A model generated the notes under the pieces. The model did no database searches. It was not told where the DNA came from and worked only from the letters and a program-made list of their open reading frames with translations. Source: an archaeon (GTDB lineage Archaea > B1Sed10-29 > WALL01). Taken from it: a stretch of DNA of 64,000 bases. The stretch covers positions 1 through 64,000 of the forward strand of contig JBHOSQ010000001.1 of NCBI GenBank assembly GCA_042584585.1, read 5' to 3'. Each line of letters opens with the position of its first letter. Position 1 is the first letter of the stretch. Shown here in pieces: positions 57,525 through 64,000 of this stretch. A program made the translations under genes and the position numbers.

Positions 57525-59165
57525 ATGCTTGAGCTCAAGCGCGAGGCGGCAAAGGTTTTGTCGGAAGCGACCGGGAAAACAGTGACTGTGGAGAGCCTCA
57601 GCCCTGCGCCGAAGCCAGAGATGGGCTTTTTCTCCAGCCGCGTGGCTTTTGAGTTGGGTGGAAACCCGGCGGAAAAGGCGAAGGAAGTCGCCGCGAAAAT
57701 CAAGAGCCCGCTGTTCACGGCAAAGGCGATTGGGCCGTACGTCAATTTTTTTCCTTCTGAAGATTACTCAAAGCAATTAGCCGAAAAGATTCTTGCCGAA
57801 CGGGATGCTTACGGCAAGGGCGAAAAGAAAAAAGAAAAAGTAATGGTCGAGTACTCGCAGCCGAACACGCACAAGGCTTTTCACATTGGGCATATCCGCG
57901 GGACGAGTTTGGGGTATTCGCTTGCGGAGATTATGGAGCACGCCGGGTATGAGGTAGTAAAAGCAAACTACCAGGGAGACGTGGGCGCGCACATCGCGAA
58001 GTGCTTGTGGGCGATGCAAAAGTTCCACGCCGGCGAAGAGCCGCCGGCCGCGAAGGGCAAGTGGCTCGCCGAGATTTACCGCGAGGCGAACCAGAAACTA
58101 AAGGACAATCCGGATTACGAGGAAGAGGTCAAGGCCGTCTTCCACAAAATGTTTTTCGACAAGGACCCGGAATTGACGAAATTGTGGCAGGAGACGCGGC
58201 AGTGGAGCCTGGACGAGTTTGAAGGGATTTACAAGGAAATGGGCGTTTCGTTTGACGTGAACTTCTTTGAGTCGCAGGTGGAGAACGAAGGCGTCAAAAT
58301 CGTGAACAAGATGCTTGCGGACGGCCTCGCCAAGAAAGACGATGGCGCGATTATCATTGACTTGGACAAGCTTGGGGTATTTTTGCTGTTGCGGAGCGAC
58401 GGCACGCCGCTTTACTCGACGAAGGACATCGAGCTTGCGGCAAAGAAGTTCAAGGAGTACAAGGTCGACAAAAGCATTTACGTCACCGGCTCCGAGCAGA
58501 AGCATTACTTCCAGCAGTTGTTCAAGGCGCTTGAGGTGATGGGGTTCGAGCAGGCAAAGAAGTGCGTGCACATCCCGTTCGAATTGGTCATGCTTCCCGA
58601 GGGAAAAATGCAGACGCGGGAAGGAACAGTTATTTTTTACGAAGACTTCGCGAAGGAAGCGAAGGACCGGGCCTTGAAGGAAGTGCAGGCAAAGAACCCC
58701 GACTTGGAGGACAAGGAAGGCGTCGCGCGTGCGGTGGGGATTGGCGCCATTAAATATTCAATGTTAAAAGTATCGAACACGAAGACGATTGTGTTCGACT
58801 GGGAAAAGGCTTTGTCGTTCGAGGGAGAGACCGCGCCGTACATTCAGTACGCGAACGTGCGTTGCCACAGCATTTTGGAAAAGGCGGGGAAGAAAGGAAA
58901 AGCCGGCACAGTAAATGCACCTGAGTTGATTTACGAATTGTCGCGGTTTGATGACGTTGTTGCGGAGGCCGCGAAGGAGTATTCCCCTCACGTTCTCGCG
59001 CTGTACGCTTATTCGTTGGCGGACGCGTTCAGCGGGTTTTACACGAAGCAGCAGGTAATCGGCAGCGACGACGAGGACGCATTATTGGCCCTCGTGGAAG
59101 CGGCGAGCGTTGTTTTGGAGAACACGCTGCGGCTTCTTGGCATCGAGGCGCCGAGAAGAATGTAA
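57525..59165 (+). CDS. argS: Arginine--tRNA ligase
   Basis: EYSQPNTHKAFHIGHIR, RSDGT, KMQTREG, PYIQY, terminal RM. Confidence 0.97.
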   Translation: MLELKREAAKVLSEATGKTVTVESLSPAPKPEMGFFSSRVAFELGGNPAEKAKEVAAKIKSPLFTAKAIGPYVNFFPSEDYSKQLAEKILAERDAYGKGEKKKEKVMVEYSQPNTHKAFHIGHIRGTSLGYSLAEIMEHAGYEVVKANYQGDVGAHIAKCLWAMQKFHAGEEPPAAKGKWLAEIYREANQKLKDNPDYEEEVKAVFHKMFFDKDPELTKLWQETRQWSLDEFEGIYKEMGVSFDVNFFESQVENEGVKIVNKMLADGLAKKDDGAIIIDLDKLGVFLLLRSDGTPLYSTKDIELAAKKFKEYKVDKSIYVTGSEQKHYFQQLFKALEVMGFEQAKKCVHIPFELVMLPEGKMQTREGTVIFYEDFAKEAKDRALKEVQAKNPDLEDKEGVARAVGIGAIKYSMLKVSNTKTIVFDWEKALSFEGETAPYIQYANVRCHSILEKAGKKGKAGTVNAPELIYELSRFDDVVAEAAKEYSPHVLALYAYSLADAFSGFYTKQQVIGSDDEDALLALVEAASVVLENTLRLLGIEAPRRM

Positions 59166-59167
59166 AG

Positions 59168-59230
59168 CAGCCCTTTTCCTGTTACAGGGGCACAAGGCCC
59201 CTGAACGGTGGAAAAGCGCTGGCGGAAAAA
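59168..59230. repeat. Palindromic element, family 2
   Basis: CAGCCCTTTTCCTGTTAC-AGGGGCACAAGGCCCCT-GAACGGTGGAAAAGCGCTGGCGGAAAA. Confidence 0.75.
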
Positions 59231-59264
59231 CCTTTTAAAGCGTGCAGTCAAAATAAGTGGTTAC

Positions 59265-59339
59265 GGGCTCGTAGCCTAGTCTGGATAAGGCACCGGCCTT
59301 CTAAGCCGGCGATCGAGGGTTCAAATCCCTCCGGGCCCG
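59265..59339 (+). tRNA. tRNA-Arg(UCU)
   Basis: GGGCTCG...CCGGC CT TCT AA GCCGG...GAGGG TTCAAAT CCCTC CGGGCCC G. Confidence 0.96.
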
Positions 59340-59355
59340 CTGAGTTTCTCCCTAT

Positions 59356-59386
59356 TCTGGGGGGGCGTCGGTTGACGCCCCCCAAA
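59356..59386. repeat. REP-like palindrome, family 1
   Basis: TCTG-GGGGGGCGTCG GT TGACGCCCCCC-AAA. Confidence 0.7.
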
Positions 59387-59478
59387 TAGAATTTTTGTTT
59401 TTAAGGGGCTAGTTTTGCAAAAATGGCGTAACCTTTATAAATGAAAACCCCTTTTTAAAGCTCGGGTATGGTGGGATT

Positions 59479-59766
59479 ATGTCTCTTGGAAGTTTTGAGA
59501 CACGCCTAGTGGCGTCAGCGAAGCTAACATCCATGGAAAAATATGGGTGGGCTTACAACGAAGACTTATTAGTCGTAAAGGGAATGCTGGGTGACGAAGT
59601 CGAAATAATCGACGACGGAACCGGCATAATCAAAATACGCGATAGCCTCGCAGAGTATACAGTGCACATACGTGACTACCAAAAAAAGATTGAGTCCACC
59701 TCCATACCCACTGCGCCGGAGCGCGAGGGCAAGTACATTTCGGTGTGGGACGTCGCGAACCACTAA
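59479..59766 (+). CDS. Hypothetical protein
   Basis: 95-aa ORF with upstream TATA boxes. Confidence 0.6.
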   Translation: MSLGSFETRLVASAKLTSMEKYGWAYNEDLLVVKGMLGDEVEIIDDGTGIIKIRDSLAEYTVHIRDYQKKIESTSIPTAPEREGKYISVWDVANH

Positions 59767-59777
59767 CCCTTGAGTGC

Positions 59778-61430
59778 CTAGTCCATGTCGTCTATTCTCT
59801 TTAGCTTGAGAGCGGGACGCAACTTCTTCCCAGCCAACAACTTTTCCAATTCTTTTTCAGTGGGTGGGCGAATCTCTTCCCGCAACTTACGCCCCAATCT
59901 CGAGGAAGTGTACAACCCCTTCTTTGCTTTCTTGAAGTAGCCCTTATTCGTGTGGTGTTCGACAAGAATACGCAGAGCCTTAAGAGGGGACATACCTGCT
60001 TTGTTTGCCACGTGCATGTACGGAAGCGGCTTCTCGTCCATGAAAGATAATAACAGCTCTGCCTCGTCCTGTGGCAGCCGGCGCGTCTGTAGTTCTTTCA
60101 GCTCTTCCGCAGCCTTGAGGTCTGCCTCCAACTTCTGGGCCAGTTCTTCCGCCAGTTTTTTCTCTGCCGCGAGCTTCTCCCTCGCAGCCGCTTTCTCTGT
60201 TTTAAGCTTCTCCACCTCAGCCTTCTTCGCAGCCCTAATTTGTTCCTTCTTCAACTTCTCTGCCGCTTTAAGCTTCTGCTTTTCAGCTTTCTCCGCAACC
60301 TTAAGCGCTTGCTTCGCCAACCTATCCCCCATCCTGATGGCCTTGGCCTTCCCTTTCACAGCCTTCGCCTCTGCCTTGAGGAGCAACTCTTCCAGCCTCG
60401 CTTCAGACTTGGTTTTTTCCTTGACTCGGTTCTTGTTGTAGTCCACAGCAGCCTTGAATCGCTTTGCATACCTCTCGTCCATGCCCTCAATCACTCGCGT
60501 GACTACCTGGAGTGACTCACCAACCCGCCTACCCAAAAACGTGACGGGGATGCCATCTTTGCGAGTAACCAACTTCGAATCCCACCCCCCAACAGAAAGT
60601 TCGTTCGCCAAGACGCGCAAATAATCCTCGAGCCGATCTGCTTTGATTTGCCTCAGCTTCTTCTCGTGCAGTGCGTTGTTTTTCGCGATGACTTTTGCAA
60701 ACTCTTTTTTGTAATCGTCGTCCGCCAAGTCAAACACGTCAGAAATGTTTCCCTTAGCCATGTCAAACTCTTCGGAAAGAGGTTGGAGTGGGAAACCATC
60801 CTCGCGCGGAGTCGTGCCCGGATTCCAACCCCCCTTACTGACTTCTTTCTTCAAGTGAACAAGGAACTTGTCCAGCTTCTCGCGAGTCTTGGGCGTAAGC
60901 TCCCGAGCAAGACCCTTTATCTTCTTTAGTTCCCCAGGAGTCGGCAAAACCGCTTGGCGCTTAAGGCCGTGCGCAGTCACGTAATACAGCTTCCCCGTTT
61001 TCCTGACGACCGACTTCTTGGAAATCTTTATGTGGCGAATAACCGTAGAGCTGGCAGTGGCGTACCCCCGCTTGGAAAAATAGTTGCCCGCTTCCGTGAG
61101 GAGGTCCTGCAAATTGTAGCCCTTGCCTTTTTCCATGAACGGCAGGATTTCTTCCGCAGGGCCGCGGGGATACTCCTTGTCACCAAGCTGAGTGTGAATA
61201 TCGAGATTGCGCTTGCCTTTTGGCGTAAACGTGTGCACGCCTTTCTCGACGACCAAGTCACCGTTCACCTTCATGTTGTCAATGGCGATATCAATCTTTT
61301 TGGCGGCCTCGGCGTCACGCTCAGCCACCCACGCCTTAATCTCTTTTCGCTTGAAAGCCGGAGAAATCTTTCCGTACTCGTACACCAGCCGCCGTGGACT
61401 GTGCTTGCCAACCGTTTTTTCGCCTTTCAT
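59778..61430 (-). CDS. Multi-winged-helix/coiled-coil orphan, paralog of the upstream gene
   Basis: TFTPKGKR, YYVTAHG and YTSSRLG wing motifs; two GGW..R.DG.P repeats; K/E/A coiled coil. Confidence 0.75.
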   Translation of the reverse strand: MKGEKTVGKHSPRRLVYEYGKISPAFKRKEIKAWVAERDAEAAKKIDIAIDNMKVNGDLVVEKGVHTFTPKGKRNLDIHTQLGDKEYPRGPAEEILPFMEKGKGYNLQDLLTEAGNYFSKRGYATASSTVIRHIKISKKSVVRKTGKLYYVTAHGLKRQAVLPTPGELKKIKGLARELTPKTREKLDKFLVHLKKEVSKGGWNPGTTPREDGFPLQPLSEEFDMAKGNISDVFDLADDDYKKEFAKVIAKNNALHEKKLRQIKADRLEDYLRVLANELSVGGWDSKLVTRKDGIPVTFLGRRVGESLQVVTRVIEGMDERYAKRFKAAVDYNKNRVKEKTKSEARLEELLLKAEAKAVKGKAKAIRMGDRLAKQALKVAEKAEKQKLKAAEKLKKEQIRAAKKAEVEKLKTEKAAAREKLAAEKKLAEELAQKLEADLKAAEELKELQTRRLPQDEAELLLSFMDEKPLPYMHVANKAGMSPLKALRILVEHHTNKGYFKKAKKGLYTSSRLGRKLREEIRPPTEKELEKLLAGKKLRPALKLKRIDDMD

Positions 61431-64000
61431 TTCTTCGCCTTCTTTTTTGTTTCTTTCTTAATGGCTTCTTTTGCTAGTCTTACTGCGTCAGCTTCCCCAC
61501 AGTGAGCCGTGGCTTTTATGAAGCCAGTCAGTGAGAGTACGGCTTTACTGGGGCTTTGCTTGAGGAAGTAACGGGCCTGAACGTCGATGTTGTACTGGAC
61601 TCCGGGCGACAAGTCCTTCAGCGAAAGGAGTGGGAGGGCCTTCCCGAATTCCGCCCTGTCCGGCTTGTCCTCATCCGCAAAGTCGTCGCGAGGGGGTCTC
61701 TTCTTGTCTTCCTCTTCTTTCTGCCTCGCCTTCATCTCCGCCCAGAGGTCTTCTTCTGTAGGCCCTCCTTCTTCAACCGTGGCCTCGACCAACGGCTTTT
61801 CTATCACAACCCCTCTTTCGGCAAGTTGGGCTTGCGCGTTAGCCACAACTTTGTCGGCGGCCGCTTTGTTGGAGCTAGTGTAAAACGTGTACAATTTGCG
61901 CCGCAGCTTGTTCAGCCCGGCAACAGTGGGATTCCCCCCAAGGAACTTCAAAGCCAATTCCTCAACTTCGGGCATCAGCAAAGCCCGGTTGTGCAGGATC
62001 AGCCGTTCATCAACGACAAACCGCATGTTTCCCTTCTTGAATCCAGCTCGGAGCCGCTCAAGGAGTTCTTCCTCGGAAGTGCTGATGAATTCCTTCCTCG
62101 ATGCGGCGGGGCGCTCAACCGGCTCGCCCAAAATCTCTTTTATCTCCCACGGCGAGGCAACAGACTTCTGGCACTCAATGCCCCGCTCATTCAAGTAATA
62201 AAAACGCCCTTTCTTCTTGAACAAAGACGTGCGGCCCCCCGCATAGCCGCCAATCAAATTCAGGAATTTCGGGAAACCCTCCTCCTCGTTTTTGAATTTC
62301 TTGGCCTCTTCTGTATAGTGCTTGAGCAAGTTCTCCAAAAGCCATCGGTTTGAATAGCCCTTCCCCTCCGCCATCAACAACGCGACTTTTTCGGAGAAGG
62401 TCTCGGGAACCCGCTTCTTGCCGAGGCGCTCGTGAAGCAGTATCCTGCGCTTGCCTTTTTCAGTGAAGGTATACACGGAACCAACCTTGGACTTGGACAG
62501 CTCTCCTGTTTTTCCAACCATTGTCTGGAGGTTATGAGTGACCGTGCCGTCGCCGAAAGTCGCGTCACGCTGTTTTATCCACCGTATTAACTCAAACGGC
62601 CGGAAAGGCAGTTTGTGGGTGCGGCCGAACTCGTAAATCTTTTGCGGGGTAGGCCACAAGTTGAAATGGAGTGGCGCGCTGACGTCGGTGAGCCCCTTCA
62701 TTAGTTTCGCTTCTTTATTGGCTTTTTTCGCTGCCGCGGCCTTCACCTTCTCCACCCGTTGTTTCTCCCGCTCTTCGTCACTCATCTGTTTTTCCAAGCG
62801 CTCCTGTTCCAGGGCCTTCTGTCTCTCCGCCCGGTCCTTCTGCCTCGCCAGCTCCTGTTCCGCCTTCTCCACTTCCTTCTCCGCTTTTTTCCTTGCCTGT
62901 ATTTTTTCGTTCGCGTCCGCCGCCAGGTTAAAGCGGTCCCATTGCTCCGGCGACATAGTAGACAAGTAGTCCGTGAGCGTTTTGGTAGCCCTGCCCTTTT
63001 TCCTCGACAAAAACGAAAGCGGAAGACGGTCGGCACGCGGCTTCGAGGCAATCTCCCATCCATCGCCACTCGCCGAGTCCTCTATGTAACCAAGCACATC
63101 CTCCACAAACTCTGCGATTTCCTTTTGCTTCGCCAGAAGCTTCTGCCGCTTCGCCTCTTGCTTGCGGAGGGCGGCTTGCTGCTTCTCAAACTCCCTCTGC
63201 GCCTCGATCTCCTGGCGCTTCTTTTCTTTCTCGGCGAGCTTCCTCGCTTCTTCTGCCAGCTTATACTCCCGTTTTTGCCTGGCGCGCTCCTCCCTTTCTT
63301 TCCTGAGCCGCTCCGTTCTCTCCTGCTTTCTTTGCTGTTTACGCTTCTCCGCCATTAAGCGCCTGGTCTCGGCCCCCCTCCGCTTCTCTTCTTCGGCCGT
63401 CTTCTTGGCCAATTGGCGCTTAACATCGTCCGCTGCCTTTTTCCGCAGCTCTTCTTCCAGCAGCTCTTTCTCCCATTGCTTAATCCTTTTCTGGTTCTCC
63501 AGCCTATGGCGCTCCCGCTGCTTGTCCCAATTGTCTTCTCCCGCCATCCACTCCTCCTCGCCAAACGGGGCTTCATCAAAAATTTCCAGGAGCTTAGATG
63601 ACACGTACGGACGCAACTGGTCCCTCTCCCTCATGGTCAGCCCGGAAACCCCTTTCTTGAACGACACGTTGTAATCCGCTTCGGTTGGGTCGAGGCGCGA
63701 AATAAGCTTAATCCGCACATAAGGGTTGAGCAGCGGCAGCACAGCAAGGCCACGCCGCAAACCCCCCAATGCTGCCATTTTTACAAAAGCCCCTGCGTCA
63801 AGATTGAATTTATCGGCAATCGTCCTGTCGTCGCTGCTTACTTTCTCCCGCTTTTGGAGCAGCGGCCGGTCAAGCGGAAAATACCGGTAACGCTTGACAA
63901 CCCCGGACTCCGAGTCTTCCTCCAAGCCCCACTGCCTGCGGATTGTCTTGATGTCTTCCTGGAGGCCTTTGTCAAAGTCCTCGAAGCGGGAGTACTTCGG
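61427..64000 (-). CDS. Large multi-winged-helix/coiled-coil orphan, 5' end outside window
   Basis: The frame stays open beyond 63925 to 64000 (PKYSRFEDFDKGLQEDIKTIRRQWGL...); YTFTEKGKR, YYLNERG, DGW..PRADRLP. Confidence 0.8.
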   Translation of the reverse strand, partial: PKYSRFEDFDKGLQEDIKTIRRQWGLEEDSESGVVKRYRYFPLDRPLLQKREKVSSDDRTIADKFNLDAGAFVKMAALGGLRRGLAVLPLLNPYVRIKLISRLDPTEADYNVSFKKGVSGLTMRERDQLRPYVSSKLLEIFDEAPFGEEEWMAGEDNWDKQRERHRLENQKRIKQWEKELLEEELRKKAADDVKRQLAKKTAEEEKRRGAETRRLMAEKRKQQRKQERTERLRKEREERARQKREYKLAEEARKLAEKEKKRQEIEAQREFEKQQAALRKQEAKRQKLLAKQKEIAEFVEDVLGYIEDSASGDGWEIASKPRADRLPLSFLSRKKGRATKTLTDYLSTMSPEQWDRFNLAADANEKIQARKKAEKEVEKAEQELARQKDRAERQKALEQERLEKQMSDEEREKQRVEKVKAAAAKKANKEAKLMKGLTDVSAPLHFNLWPTPQKIYEFGRTHKLPFRPFELIRWIKQRDATFGDGTVTHNLQTMVGKTGELSKSKVGSVYTFTEKGKRRILLHERLGKKRVPETFSEKVALLMAEGKGYSNRWLLENLLKHYTEEAKKFKNEEEGFPKFLNLIGGYAGGRTSLFKKKGRFYYLNERGIECQKSVASPWEIKEILGEPVERPAASRKEFISTSEEELLERLRAGFKKGNMRFVVDERLILHNRALLMPEVEELALKFLGGNPTVAGLNKLRRKLYTFYTSSNKAAADKVVANAQAQLAERGVVIEKPLVEATVEEGGPTEEDLWAEMKARQKEEEDKKRPPRDDFADEDKPDRAEFGKALPLLSLKDLSPGVQYNIDVQARYFLKQSPSKAVLSLTGFIKATAHCGEADAVRLAKEAIKKETKKKAKK

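Noticed and set aside
59340-64000. Integrated element at tRNA-Arg
   Set aside because: No integrase, att duplicate or viral genes in the window; cannot be excluded beyond the edge.

Overview
Chromosomal window of an archaeon, most likely DPANN. This is inferred from archaeal-type IleRS/ProRS/GlyRS/ArgRS, Nop5-fibrillarin, archaeal histone variants, TATA promoters, an intron-containing tRNA-Ile(UAU) and many orphan genes. Housekeeping content includes a pyrD-K-C-E-F operon, a nadM-nadC/nadE cluster, argG-argH-argS-tRNA-Arg, three tRNAs, channels/transporters and surface proteins. No transposase, integrase or CRISPR array was seen. Notable observations, several invisible in the ORF track: (1) a single-repeat 'half-TBP' fused to a histone-H1/Hc2-like Lys tail, preceded by four TATA-like boxes at ~16-bp period (the first a perfect 14-bp palindrome) and divergent from a PC4-like gene; (2) a box C/D sRNA whose two guides point by the N+5 rule to 16S C1402 and to wobble C34 of an intron-containing pre-tRNA-Met; (3) an unassigned ~270-nt structured RNA with its own promoter and U-tract; (4) two families of dispersed REP-like palindromes, one with covariation; (5) a candidate Arg-Arg leader peptide before argG; (6) a >1,980-aa orphan running off the left edge; (7) domain-shuffled winged-helix paralogs at the right edge. 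All protein calls come from motif recognition by eye; no searches were run.
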